Notes: generated by a model not told the origin, from the letters alone. 64,000 bases of DNA from Octopus vulgaris (GCA_951406725.2 OX597815.1:63550001-63614000); one strand, 5' to 3'. Shown: positions 25,454-38,107, counted from the stretch's first letter. Numbers and translations: made by a program.

Positions 25454-27180
25454 GTCTGTCTATCCGTCTGTCTGTCTGTCTGTCTATCTAACTAGCTGTG
25501 ATACTCTCACTCATTCTTGCCTTTCATTTATTGTTTGTTTTTTTATTCAACACTTCTTCACCAAATTTTCCTCTTAATTTCTTTTGTTTCAAACTTTTTT
25601 CTATCTTCTTTCGTCTTTCTTTCAATTTATTCACTCCATTGTCCAATAAATGAGTGGCTCACATTTTCTTTCTGTTTATTTCTCTGTCCTGTAATTCATT
25701 CATTCTTTCATCCATTTTTATCATTTCATCAACTCATTCTGTCTTATTCCACCACATTTTCCTACTTTCTTACCCTCATTTTTCTTTCTGCTTATTTCTT
25801 CCTTTCCGTCAACCTTGCTCTTATACATTAACTTATTCAATAATTCATTCTTTAATTTCTGTCATTCTTTCTCCACTTTTAATTGAACACAGTTTACTCA
25901 TTCCTGTTTGTTTCTAGAACTGTCTTTATCATTTACTTTTTCTTTCATTCATTTAACATTCAGATATATTTCTTCGTTCTCATATTTCTTCCTCTCTTTC
26001 CTTCATTTCTTCATTCTTTTAGTCATTCAATTAGAATTTCTGTTCATTCAATGATTGTTTCATCCATTAATAAATTCTTTCATTTATTTATTTCTCATTT
26101 TCCTTTCCTTACATTCCTAAATTATTCTTTCTTCCATTTTAATTTTTCATTTCTTTCGTTTTATTCATTTATATTCCGTTTCTATCACTTACTCATTCCA
26201 CCAATAAGTCGTTCATTTATTTGCTCTTTCCTTTTTCGTTTTCCGACAACCATCCTGTATTTTGTCCTTATTTCTTTGTGATATTCTTTAAAGAATTATT
26301 TTTGTCGTTCATTCATTTATTCTTTCCTTCAACAATCTTCATTCCGTTTCTTTATATATTAATTTCATTCTTTTCATTTACTTTTTCTTCATTTTTTCTT
26401 TCTTTCTACATTCTTTTCGTGCCTTCTTCTCTCATTTTTTCTTTTCTACATTCCTTTCGTGCCTTCTTCCCTTATTTCTTTCTTTCTACGTTCTTTTCGT
26501 GCCTTCTTCCCTCATTTCTTTCTTTTTTATGTTCGTTCTCTCTTTCATTTTCATTTTCTTCGTCCTTTCTTTCTTTTCATTCTTTTCTTCTCTTATATTT
26601 CTTTCGTATTTTCATCCATTCTCTCTTCTTCACTCCTACTTTCATTCTTTCTTTCTTTCTCCTTCCTTTTCCCTTTTCCACTTTCTTTCTTACTTTCTTT
26701 ATTTATCTATTTATTTCCTTTCTTCTTTTTCATTTTTATTTTTTTAATTTTATCCTCCTTTTTATATTCCGTTCTTTTTGCTTCTACATTTTCTGTTTTT
26801 CATTATTCCTTTCATTCATTTTTTCTTTCATTATAACTTTCATTCTTTCACTCTTTTACTATGAACTTCTCTTTTAAATCCTTTTTCTTTCTCACCTTTT
26901 CTTTAATTCTCCCTTTTTACTTATTCCTTTCTTTCTTTATTCCTTTCTTTCCTTTTCTCTTTTTTCTTTTTTTCTTTTCTACAATACTTTCCTTTCCACC
27001 CTCATTTTTTCTTTCTTTCTTTCATTCTTTCTTTCTTCACCCCATTGCTTCTTCCCGTCTTCCTTTTATCTTCATTTCTTTTCTCCTTTTCTAAATTTCT
27101 TTCATACCTTCTTCCCTTATTCCCCTCTCTCTCTCTCTTCCTCGTTTTCTTTCTGCATTTCTGCCTTTTTCCCTTTCTTT
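22790..27180. repeat. 4.4-kb pyrimidine-rich decayed (TTCA)/(TTTC) region
   Basis: Extreme T/C skew on +, with embedded (TC)n and (TATC)n and a 40-bp x3 tandem at 26401-26520. Confidence 0.85.
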
Positions 27181-27188
27181 GTCATCAT

Positions 27189-27334
27189 AGGCGCAGACAT
27201 AGCTGTATGCTAAGAAACTTGCTTCACAACCACATCGTTCCGCTTTCGGTCCCACTGCGTGGCACCTTGTGCAAGTGTCTTCTACCAAAACCTTGTGAGT
27301 AGATTTGGTGGGCGGAAACTGAAAGAAGCCCGTC
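27189..27334 (+). mobile_element. SINE family A head
   Basis: aggcgcagacatagctgt...ggtcccactgcgtggcaccttg...aactgaaagaagcccgtc. Confidence 0.85.
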
Positions 27335-27360
27335 ATTTATATATATATATATATATATAT

Positions 27361-27585
27361 TCTTTTACATGTTTCAGTCATTTGACTGCGGCCATGCTAG
27401 AGCACCACCTTTAGTCGAACAAATCGAAGCCAGGACTTATTCCTTGTGAGCCTAGTACTTATTCTGTCTGCCTCTTTTGCTGAACCGCTAAGTTACGGGG
27501 ACGTAAACACACCAGCATTGGTTGTCAAGCGATGGAATGGGGACAAGCACAAACACAGACACACACACACACATACATATATATG

Positions 27586-27636
<51 letters not shown>

Positions 27637-27910
27637 CAATATAAGGAATGGCCATATAGGACATTCGACTCACTAGAAAGAGCAGCCAAAACTCATACCG
27701 CTAAATTTTTGTAATTCTCTTTCTATTTCAGAATTACAACTATTTAGGGGTATGAGTTTTGGCTGCTCTTTCTAGTGAGTCGAATGTCCTATATGGCCAT
27801 TCCTTATATTGTTGAATGTATATTCTATAGTCTTTGACTATCTTTTCTTTCTCACTAGACCGCTGGTAGCGGAGAATTTTTTCTAGAATTTTTTGCTACC
27901 CTTATATTTA

Positions 27911-27971
<61 letters not shown>

Positions 27972-28098
27972 AAGCCTGTCGTATATATATATATATGTAT
28001 ATATACGACAGGCTTCTTTCAGTTTCCGACTCCCAGATACACTCACAAGGCTTTGGTCAGCTCGAGTCTACAGTAGAAGACATTTACCCAAGGTGCTA
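27361..28098 (-). mobile_element. Composite SINE A/B interrupted in its internal (TA)n by a fold-back element
   Basis: Tail module 27361-27560 and head 28003-28098 on minus. Confidence 0.75.
27631..27916. mobile_element. Second copy of the 7598-8401 family, as an independent fold-back
   Basis: Arms 27631-27718 / 27730-27817; homologous to 8068-8401; (TA)n on both sides. Confidence 0.85.
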
Positions 28099-28106
28099 TG
28101 TTGTTG

Positions 28107-28140
<34 letters not shown>

Positions 28141-28993
28141 TTATATGTATGTGTATCTATGTGTGTGTGTCTTTGTGTCTGTATTTCTCCCACCACCACC
28201 ACCTCTTGACGTCCTTTCATTTTTTCCTCTCTTTTTTCTTTCCCTTTATATATTTTTCACTCCAACATAATTCATGTTTGTTTTCTTTTCATCTCTTTTT
28301 CTTATATTCTTTCATTCTTTTTCTCTTCCTTGCTATTATTCATTTCCTTTGATTCGTTCTAATTTCTTCACATTAAATAGTTCATCTCATTTTCATTCTG
28401 TTTTTCTGCCTTTCTTTCATTTCAGTTACTCCTTATCTATTTCCTTCTCACCTTTCGTTCTCTAGTCGTTTAACTATATTTCTTCACCCTCTCTTTCATT
28501 CGATATTCATTTCCTTACATCAATCCTACTTATTCTAACGAACCATCAAGAGTCTCCACGCTGTCATTTGAGTTGCTAGAAACACCAGCTTTAAATTCAT
28601 GCAAATGTCTTCAAATGTGAAGGATATACAGGACAATGTCAGTCCTAGATATATATAAAAATAAACGTGGTGGTTACAAATTGAAGATCTTTGAGGATAC
28701 ATCTACTACATCATGGCTTACCAAGATGGCGGACAACAAAAGGGTACTGTATAGAGGGAATGGGGGTAAGGGATGCAGCAACCTTTATCAATGTTTATCT
28801 GTGAATAACAGTATATAGTGTGACAGTAATATCAAAAAGGTGGCACAACTGACAGAATGAAATTATACAGAGGAAAATAAAAAGTAGGAAACGAGCGTAA
28901 ACAGGTTCTAAAACGCCATCAGTTATCAACTGAGTAATATGACAATTTTGATACCGTCCGATGGTATACTTGTGTGTGCCTGTGTGTGTATGT

Positions 28994-29031
<38 letters not shown>

Positions 29032-29256
29032 GCGTGTGTGTGTGTGTGTGAGTACACATTCTAAACATTAGGCCTCGCGCTTTCACACAAATATGTATGT
29101 GTGTATGTATAACGAGGGGGCAGCCACCATATATGTATGTACGTGTGTGTGTGCATGCATGTATGTATGTATGTATTAGGTATGTGTGTATGTATGTATT
29201 TGTGTATGTATGTATGTCATAAAAGCAACTTTATTTAGACGGTCAAGCGTTGCGCT

Positions 29257-29328
29257 GTTGCTATGGTGTAGTGGTTAGCACAAATGCATAGTTTTCAGCA
29301 GACACTGCGTTCGAATCTTGCAGGCGAT
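29257..29328 (+). pseudogene. tRNA-like sequence (pseudo-tRNA or SINE head; 5' half resembles tRNA-Gln)
   Basis: A box tggtgtagtgg (29264), B box gttcgaatc (29309), weak acceptor pairing; anticodon arm not canonical. Confidence 0.55.
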
Positions 29329-29388
29329 GTTACATTTTCTCCATCTAATTCATTATTCACACGCGCACACACACACATAGCTATATAT

Positions 29389-32300
29389 AACTCTTTTTTA
29401 CTGACATACCTGGAAAATATGAAGGCCGACCTAAGCCAGGAGATCCAGCGAGCCATCACCAACCATCTATGCAAATCACAAGGACCACTCACCCATTACC
29501 AACTTCCCTTACCTCGACATTCCTGTTAAATGTACGTGGCATCAACCCATCAATTATTGCCCAAAAATGGAAGATCCCATATATAGAGAGTTGGCTTGCC
29601 GAAATGGCACATTGCTTCCCTTTCTTTATCCTTACCGAGACTCACCTGAACAACACCCATATGGACGCAGAGGTGAAAATAAAAGATTTCACCATTGTTC
29701 GTGCAGATCGCACAGACCGAAATAAGGGAGGGACAGCCATCTTTATCCATGACTCCTTTTCACTTGATGCCAAGGACACATTTTCCAATGGCTACTGTGA
29801 ATCGGTATCAGTATACAACAAAGCCAAGGACATAACCATTGTTGGTCTTTACAGGCCTCCCCAGGCACCTCTAAAGTACTTTGAAGAGTGCCTTAGCAAA
29901 GTCAAGTCCTTCCTTCGGAAGTACCACTCCGGAAACATAATAGTGATGGGTGATTTTAACCTCCCTCATGTGAACTGGCCCACAAATACTCCGAAGTTAG
30001 GCAAGTGCTCTACATCAGATAGGGCAGCAGCAGAACTGCTCTTTAATCTGATGGATGAGTATTTCCTGACTCAGCTAGTGCTTGAACCAACGAGACAGAA
30101 TAAAACGATCTTGGATCTGGTACTGACCAATCACTCTAGCTACGTTCACAGCATTTCAGTCGAAAAAACTCTCCTCTCAGACCACGACATGGTACTCTGC
30201 AATCTTAATTCCCGACGTATAAAAACCAAACCAGCCAATCCCACTCCATGGCACCCATTTGACAACATAAATTTCCACAAAGCGGACTGGGGAACAATCA
30301 GAAAGGATCTGTCTTCCATCGACTGGTCTTTTACTCTCAATTCCCCTCATATTGAGACCGCGTGGCAGCACTTTGAAACCATTGTCACTGACACATGCTC
30401 TAAACACGCTCCCAAGAAATCTACTAACACAAACAGAAACCGGCTCCCTAAAAAGAAAAAAACACTCATCAGGCGCATCAAAAGACTCAACAAAAAAATC
30501 AACCAATTAAAATATTCCCACACGCAACATCCACATTCAACAACAATGAAAAGACTAGAGCTGGAAAAACTTCATCTGCAGACTAACATGAAAACCTCCA
30601 TTGAAAATCAAAGAGCTGTGGAGGAACAATGGGTAATCAAAAACATCAAACAGAACCCAAAAGTGTTCTATTCTTATGCAAATAAGCATAGAACCACTGT
30701 CTCACCTATTGGGCCATTGATTGATGAAAACGGCATTCCCCAACACGATGCTAAAGAAATGGCAGAAATACTGCAGAAACAATATTGCTCTGTCTTCAGT
30801 GTTCCCACTGATATTGATGTGAGGGAAACGAACGAAGCTGACTCCCAACACAAAATCGCAGACATAACCTTCACTGCCACCGACATCGTAGCAGCAATAA
30901 ATGAGGTCAAACATTACTCCGCTGTAGGCCCTGATAGATTTCCCGCCAGTCTCCTGAAGGAATGTAGATATCAACTTGCAGTCCCTCTGACCAACCTCTG
31001 GAGAAACTCATTAGACGCAGGTTATATACCGAATAAGTTTCTATCCCAGTCGGTCATCCCGGTTTTCAAACAGGGAAACAGATCCCTCGCAGTCAACTAT
31101 CGCCCAATCTCACTCACCTCCCACATCATTAAAGTGTTTGAAAGAGTGTTAAGATCAAGGATAGCTGACTTCCTGGAGACCCACAAACTCCTAAATTCAA
31201 ATCAACATGGCTTTCGCTGTGGCAGGGACTGTCTAACACAGCTCTTACACCACATTGAAGATGTACTCAAAGCCTTGGGAACAGGTTCGAACTCTGACGT
31301 CATATACCTTGACTTCAGTAAAGCGTTCGACAGGGTAGACCATAACATCCTACTCTCAAAATTGGCAAATGTTGGAATCCGTGGAAAAGTTCTACACTGG
31401 ATTCAGTATTTCCTAGCGAATAGAACACAACATGTTGTAGTTGATGGAGTCCACTCAAACCCAGCAAAAGTCACCAGCGGTGTTCCCCAGGGAACTGTTT
31501 TGGGTCCGCTACTCTTCATAATTTATGTAAACGACCTTTCCAGTGTCGTACATCACTGCAAAGTGAAAATATTCGCTGATGACACTAAGCTCCAGCAAAT
31601 CGTCAATGAAGAAGCAGACCGAACTCAACTCCAGTCTGACCTATATGCTGTGAGTCAATGGGCAGACAGAAACAAAATGCAACTGAATGAGGGAAAATTT
31701 GAGCTGATGCATTTTGGAAGAAATTCCTCACTAAAACAACCATACTCTCTTCCTTCAGGGGAACCGCTCACAGCCTCTAACAATATCAGAGACCTGGGTG
31801 TCATTGTTGATGACGATCTCAGTTGGAGTGCACACATCAACAAGAAGGTCGATACAGCTCGTAGGATGAGTTCCTGGATCTTAAGAACTTTCCGGTCCAG
31901 AGAACAAGGTGTCATCATACCACTTTTTTCATCCTTTGTACGGCCACACCTTGAATACTGCTGCCCACTGTGGTCTCCTCACACAAGACAAAACATCTCC
32001 AGAATTGAGTCACCCCAGAGGGCTCTCACTAAACAAATTGAAGGCATGGCTGCTCTCGACTATTGGGATCGCCTTAAAGCCTTGAAACTTTACTCCCTCC
32101 AGCGTCGCCGTGAGCGGTACATCATTTGTACGATGTGGAAAATATACCGCCAACTTTGCCCAAACGACCTAAACATTAGCTTCAAGGTTCATCCGAGACT
32201 TGGACCACGGGCTATACGTCCCCTGCCAAATTCAAGATCACAACATACATGTACACTGCAACATAATTTCTTTTCCTCAACAGGCCCTGCCCTATTTAAC

Positions 32301-32540
32301 ATTGTCCCGAGGGAGATCAAAGAGGAAAAGGATCCCATCAACTTCAAACAGAGTCTGGATGGATTCCTTCAAAGAATACCAGACAAGCCACCCATAATTG
32401 GATACAACTCACCCAACAAGAACTCACTACTTGAACAAAACTTGACTTAAACAGGATTCGAATAATCCTATCAGGTGGTGCTATTAAGTTAGACATGGCC
32501 TGGACCAATCTCTGGTCGAAACATATCTAAGTTTTATCTA

Positions 32541-32545
<5 letters not shown>
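29389..32545 (+). mobile_element. 5'-truncated CR1-clade LINE with intact ORF2
   Basis: Probable ORF1 C-terminal remnant overlapping ORF2; short 3' UTR with gacca/tggtc stem-loop and (ATCTAAGTTT)2 tail; TA repeats at both ends. Confidence 0.9.
29469..32450 (+). CDS. LINE ORF2: apurinic-like endonuclease + reverse transcriptase (993 aa)
   Basis: APE motifs LNVRG, TETHL, YRPP, GDFN, LDLV, SDH; RT motifs YRPISLTS, QHGFR, DFSKAFD, GVPQGTVLGP, FADD; CR1-type C-terminus RPHLEY. Confidence 0.97.
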   Translation: MQITRTTHPLPTSLTSTFLLNVRGINPSIIAQKWKIPYIESWLAEMAHCFPFFILTETHLNNTHMDAEVKIKDFTIVRADRTDRNKGGTAIFIHDSFSLDAKDTFSNGYCESVSVYNKAKDITIVGLYRPPQAPLKYFEECLSKVKSFLRKYHSGNIIVMGDFNLPHVNWPTNTPKLGKCSTSDRAAAELLFNLMDEYFLTQLVLEPTRQNKTILDLVLTNHSSYVHSISVEKTLLSDHDMVLCNLNSRRIKTKPANPTPWHPFDNINFHKADWGTIRKDLSSIDWSFTLNSPHIETAWQHFETIVTDTCSKHAPKKSTNTNRNRLPKKKKTLIRRIKRLNKKINQLKYSHTQHPHSTTMKRLELEKLHLQTNMKTSIENQRAVEEQWVIKNIKQNPKVFYSYANKHRTTVSPIGPLIDENGIPQHDAKEMAEILQKQYCSVFSVPTDIDVRETNEADSQHKIADITFTATDIVAAINEVKHYSAVGPDRFPASLLKECRYQLAVPLTNLWRNSLDAGYIPNKFLSQSVIPVFKQGNRSLAVNYRPISLTSHIIKVFERVLRSRIADFLETHKLLNSNQHGFRCGRDCLTQLLHHIEDVLKALGTGSNSDVIYLDFSKAFDRVDHNILLSKLANVGIRGKVLHWIQYFLANRTQHVVVDGVHSNPAKVTSGVPQGTVLGPLLFIIYVNDLSSVVHHCKVKIFADDTKLQQIVNEEADRTQLQSDLYAVSQWADRNKMQLNEGKFELMHFGRNSSLKQPYSLPSGEPLTASNNIRDLGVIVDDDLSWSAHINKKVDTARRMSSWILRTFRSREQGVIIPLFSSFVRPHLEYCCPLWSPHTRQNISRIESPQRALTKQIEGMAALDYWDRLKALKLYSLQRRRERYIICTMWKIYRQLCPNDLNISFKVHPRLGPRAIRPLPNSRSQHTCTLQHNFFSSTGPALFNIVPREIKEEKDPINFKQSLDGFLQRIPDKPPIIGYNSPNKNSLLEQNLT

Positions 32546-32612
<67 letters not shown>

Positions 32613-32869
32613 TATAGATAGATAGATAGATAGATGTTATTTTGTAAACCCTCCTAAACAGGAAGAAAACAAAAATTATGGGTTAGCCTAAAACTGAGGA
32701 GCAGATATGTTGGTTTCTTTCTGTTTTACAAATTAATAACACACATCTGGTAATGGACAATAATTAAAACCAATCAAAATACGTGCTCATAAAAAAATAA
32801 TAAAGCAGAATTAAGATTTGTCTTAAGTCAGGGAATTATCCTCTTCACTATCTCTGTAATATCTTAAGA

Positions 32870-33081
32870 TGGCGTGCTGACAGAGTCGTTAACACACCGG
32901 AGGAAATGCTTAGCAGCGTTTCGTCCGTCTTTACGTTCTGAGTTCAAATACCACCGAGGTCGACTTTGCCCTTCATCCCTTCGAAGTCGATAGAATAAAG
33001 TTCCAGTTGAGCACTGGTATCGATGGAATCGACTCATTCCTCTCACGAAATTGCAGGCCTTGTGATAAACTTGGAAACCCA
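32870..33081 (+). mobile_element. SINE family C
   Basis: tggcgtgctgacagagtcgttaac...gttcaaata...gtcgactttgcc. Confidence 0.8.
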
Positions 33082-33371
33082 ATATTTCAATTCACTTGGC
33101 TTAAAACACTCTCACTAGGTATTTTGTGTGCCTTTAGTGGAGTACAATCTGTTGCAAGCATTCGGACGAGTCTCTAGTTTCAGAATACCTTGCTCTTTCC
33201 CTCGCCTCCACGCAATTTCAGGTCGGAATGAGATTATTTGGCGCAGCTATTTGGACTCTGACGATTTGGCGTGGCTGAGTGGACAGTCAACCTGTTTCGG
33301 TAACACCACTTTTTGGCACTGGAGGCAAGCACAGACACATACTCACATACAGGTATGTGTGCTGAAATGTC

Positions 33372-33571
33372 CTTTCTACTGTAAGTACAAGGCCTGAAAT
33401 TTCGGAGGTGGAGCTAAGTCAGTTACATCGACCTCAGTATTCTACTGGTACTTATTTTATTGACTCCGACAGGATGAAAAACAGAGTCGACCACGGCGGA
33501 ATTTGAACTCAGAACTTATAGACGAACGAAATGTCGTTAAGCATTTTGCCCGATGTGCTAACGATTCTGCA
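33372..33571 (-). mobile_element. SINE family C
   Basis: Reverse-complement match to the family. Confidence 0.8.
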
Positions 33572-34237
33572 AAGAGAGAGAGAGAGAAAGAGAGGGGGAG
33601 AGAGAGAGAGAGAGAGGCAGACAGACAGACAGGGAGAAAAATTAGAATATATTAACTGTACACGATTGACATAAACACTTTCTGTCGCTTCACACATATA
33701 AAGAGAAATATCCTTACACGAAAGAGAGAGAAAAGTGACTGAGAGAAACTGTGATAGAGAGGGGTGAGAGACAGAAGGTGAGAGATAGAGAGAAATATTA
33801 AAATCATGTCAAAAAAGTCAGTGTCCAATCAGTGATGCCAAGCAGGTGGCACCAAAACGGCTATGCCAAGACGTCCCTTAGCCATCTCGGCTTTTCTAGA
33901 ACGGTTCATAGACACTACCTTCGCAGACTGACTAAAAGATTAACAAAAACAAAAAAGCTCTCGTAATGAAACGCTTGACATATTTAACAAATTTGTGAGA
34001 TCTCATCATGAAATTAATTATGTTCTGTAATTAAATAATTCAAACCTATGAGGGACTCAGAAAAATGTAGAAGTATAGACTCGATCGGTTGACTTGCTGG
34101 ATATAGCATCTAAACTCCTTCAAATTATACTGTCTCATTCAAGCATTAATGTAATTCTGGATATACAGAACCACAGAGTGGTCAAAGATGGAACGCTTTC
34201 TCGATTAGGGCTGACTTGGAGCTAAATAATATTAATA

Positions 34238-34661
34238 TTTTCAAGTTTTGGCACAAGGCTAGCAATGTTAGCATCAAATCCAGTACTAAACGGGTACTTT
34301 ATTTTATCAACCCCCGAATATATGAAAGGCGAAGTTGACACTAGCAGTATTTGAACTCAGAAAGTAGAGGCAGAAGAAATGCTGCTTAGCATCTTGTCAG
34401 ACGTGCTGACAATTCTAGTAGCTCACCGCCTTAAGAATAATAGTAATGACTTCAAATTTTGGCACAAGGCCAGCATTTTGGGGGGAAGGGATTAGTCGAT
34501 TACATCGACCCCAGTGTTTCACTGGTACTTAATTTATCGACTCCGAAAGAATGAAAGACAAAGTCGACTCCAACGGAATTTGAAGTGAGTACATAAAGAC
34601 GGACGAAATGCCGCGAAGCAATTTCTCCGGCGTACTAACGATTCTACCAGCCCGCCGCCTA

Positions 34662-34725
<64 letters not shown>

Positions 34726-34938
34726 GCTTCAAATTTTTGCCACAAGGCCAGCTATTTCGGTGGAGGGAATAAGTCGATTACATCAACCTCAGTGTTTCAC
34801 TGGTACATAATTTATCTGGTACGAAAGAATGAAAGACGAAGTCAACCTCGGTGGAATTTGAACTCAGTACGTAAAGTCGGACGAAATGCCGCTAAGTATT
34901 TTCTCCGGCGTACTAATGATTCTGCCAGCTCGCCGCCT
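34238..34938 (-). mobile_element. Three head-to-tail SINE family C copies
   Basis: About 34238-34432, 34447-34660 and 34728-34938, separated by (TAA)n. Confidence 0.85.
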
Positions 34939-35019
34939 TAATGACAACAATAACGACGACGACGATGATTATGATGATGGTGGTGGTGGTGATGATGATT
35001 ATGATGATAATGATGATGA

Positions 35020-35106
<87 letters not shown>

Positions 35107-35128
35107 TAATAATAATAATAATAATAAA

Positions 35129-35277
35129 CCTTGATATGAGATCACCATGTCGCGCACATATGGTTGTGATGCATGTGCCAGGTGTACCCTTATCAGACGG
35201 GTAGTCATGATGGGTATATTGGGCTTCGTATATTTTACCCCAGTGTCACTTTGATGGCATGAACTGCTCTCTCACTC
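35129..35277 (+). mobile_element. 3' fragment of (TAA)n-embedded family F
   Basis: Matches 56924-57071; (AAT)n on both sides. Confidence 0.85.
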
Positions 35278-35298
35278 AATAATAATAATAATAATAAA

Positions 35299-36560
35299 TT
35301 CGCTTATTGGCCACAAGGGCTGACAGAAATTAATTAAAACATAAAGGGACAAAACACAGGACGAAAGTTACAAAGGGTTTTGTCCGTTTGCAAAACCCGT
35401 GTAAAAATTCCAGAGATAACAACGAAAATATAACAATTGAAATTCCCAATAGGGGGAGGCGCTTCGAAAGGTTACTCGTTGAAAAACCCATAAAAGCCAC
35501 GGAAGCCTGGTCAAAAGTGGGGTAGAGAGCCCCTTTCTCCTTTTATAATACTTTTTTATACTACATGTGTATCCTCAGAATTGGTCCATTTATACTGGCC
35601 ATTCTTGCGACATTTACCCACCTTTCAGTAAACTTGCTATCAGACAGCACTTCCCTCTCTATTCTCACCTTCCTTTTCAAGTGAAACTTGAAAAAGTTGA
35701 TGAGGCCTTGGCCAAAGAGGAAAGTGTCTGACCTTAGCCCTTTCAAACGGGTCCACCATACCACCTCTTTCGCTACAGCCACTAGACACAGGAAAACGGC
35801 CTTTCCCTCCTTGTTAAAGGAGGAAATCCTCACTATGGATTCAGCTGATAGCCGGATCCGTCCTATACGCGACAGTAGCTGTTCGACATAAACCCATAGT
35901 TCAGCAATACTCGGGCACTGGACGAGTGCGTGCAGGACGGTTTCGTCGTCTTGGGCGCACCTCGGGCAGGCCCGGCTGATGGCACTTCCGTACTGGTAGA
36001 GTTTATCTCGAACAGGCAGAGCCCCTCGGTAGCACTGCCAGGCGAGGGACTTTGGGAAATTGTCCATTGGCTCCGGCCCGAAAGTTCTTCCAAACAGACT
36101 GTTCAATTCATTATCGTCAACGCCTAGAGTTTCCCCGAGAACGTCGTCGCACTTTTCTTTCACTAACCCTCTATAGAACGCTAGAGTGGAACCAATACCG
36201 ATCGCATTGCCCGCTTGGTGGAGGGCGGAGAGAGCTTGACAGCACTCGAGGTGCCTAGCACCCTTTCTCGGTCTGCGTTTGATCCAGGTTTGCAGCTCTA
36301 TCAAAGAGACGAGCTGCAGAAAGTCGCATCTGACAAAAGACGACCACACATGTTCACCGTCTAGGAAACACTTGAGATGCCGTAGCCTGAGCGCATGCCT
36401 GCGCATCAGTAACCACGATATGCCAAAGCCTCCGTTCAGCGGCCTTTGACAGCAAATGGATCGCCTGACCAGTGGTACCTGACCCTTCCACAAAAAGTCA
36501 AAGGGCAAGCGCACCAGCTTGGCCAACTAGCGGTTGGGACAAGGGACGACGGTCAAGCGG
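35299..36560 (-). pseudogene. Tx1/L1-type LINE 3' remnant (post-RT region with CCHC zinc knuckle)
   Basis: ORF 35561-36526: FLWKG...GGFG, CPRC-x8-H-x4-C; in-frame stop upstream; T-rich 3' UTR; (TAA)n flanks. Confidence 0.85.
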
Positions 36561-37591
36561 TAATAATAACGATAATAATGATACAGAAATATTTGAATAG
36601 ATATTCTATGCACACATTACAAGCAATTTTCAGTTTTATCCAGAAGATGCGAAATGCTAACGGCCGTCATTTTGTTTTAAACTCAGCTCACTTAAATAAG
36701 TGCTTCGTTCTGTTTATCTTTGTCTCTGTTTCTAAACATCAGAAAAGTTTGAACATACGAGAGAATATACCAACATATAATTGAAGCGCTAGAGTGGAAA
36801 CGCTTATCTTCTTGTGAAACTGTTAGAGTTACAGTGTTTCTCAACTTCACTCAGAGCTGGGGTTCTCAACCATTTTTTTTCTTGTCTATGGACCCCTTGG
36901 GTTACTATTTTATTCCGATGGACCCCATAGTCATTCGATGTTTAAAAACTATTTTAATACAAACTTCTTTAAAATTCCTATTTTGTTTTTTACAGGCTGA
37001 CTTAATCTTTCATCCTTTCGGGGTCAATAAAATAAGTACCAGTTGAACAAACACTGCAGTCACTGTAACCGACTTACCCCTCCCCCGAAATTGCTAGTCT
37101 TGTTCTAGAATTTGAAACCAATATGTAGGGCTGGTTTGATTGCAGGCTCACATTTAAAATCATCTCATGATTTTCATAATAAATGCAGTAGCTGTTACCA
37201 TATACTAGGCTTTCAAACAGTTACTACCATGCTCTGACCTCGTGTCTCTAACTTCGTTTCATTTAATGCATCTAGTTTTGGATCAACTGTTTAAAAACAA
37301 AATGTGACTGGAATGAGTCCAGTCGTGTTGGATTAGATGTTCAGGTGAAAATCTTGGCTCTGAATGACAGATAAGACGCTTGCACGAGGACCAGAGGCCA
37401 TTTATTCACAAACAGGAGCTAGGTATTAACAATAACAACAACATAAAGGTAAATTCTGCACACATACACACATACATACACACTCAGGGTGGCGTGGGGA
37501 TAGAAAGGGAAGATAAGTCAGTAGCATTAAGTTGCCTCAGATATTGTTCAACCTCGGTGATTTTTGCAATATATTAATGGTTATGTGAAAC

Positions 37592-37952
37592 TTGGCGGCT
37601 AATAGGCACAGTCGGTAGAGCGTCTGATAGAATATCCGTGGTATTTATTACGACTCTGTCTTCTGAGTTAAAATCCCACTACCGACAAGTTTGCCTTTCG
37701 TCTTTTCAGGAATGAGCATTAAAAAGGAATCAGTCTAATGTGTTGCCAAACTGGCACGCTAACGAGAGACGGACGAAATGTCGCTAAGCATTTCGTCCGT
37801 CTTTACTTTCTGGATTCAAATGCCGCCGAAATCGACATTACCTTTCATCCTTTCGGGTCCAATAAAATAATTATCAGTTGAGCTCTGGGGTCGATGTAAT
37901 CGACTTAAGCCTCACCCCGAAATTGCAGGCCTTGTGCCAAAACCTGAAATCA
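37592..37952 (+). mobile_element. Two decayed SINE family C copies (further partial copy at 36995-37121)
   Basis: cctttcatcctttcggg...aataaaataa core. Confidence 0.7.
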
Positions 37953-38107
37953 TTAAACACAAATAAAAAGAAGACTGACATGTAATTTTGAACCTGTGGA
38001 AGGTACGCTAGATGCCGAAATATTGTTCAACGAATTTCACATGATATGGCACTCTTCTATTTTTTTGTGTTTAACTTCTGGATGAGTTACCTCGGTCCTA
38101 TATTGTC

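Noticed and set aside
26401-26520. 40-bp x3 repeat as a CRISPR-like array
   Set aside because: No unique spacers; a plain tandem duplication in eukaryotic low-complexity DNA.
29257-29469. Pol III promoter driving the CR1 ORF2
   Set aside because: T-runs at about 29292, 29335 and 29394 would terminate Pol III, and Pol III transcripts are not normally translated.
32503-32531. CR1 3' stem-loop followed by gaaacatatc, resembling half a hammerhead
   Set aside because: No CUGANGA upstream; an ordinary CR1 3' stem-loop.
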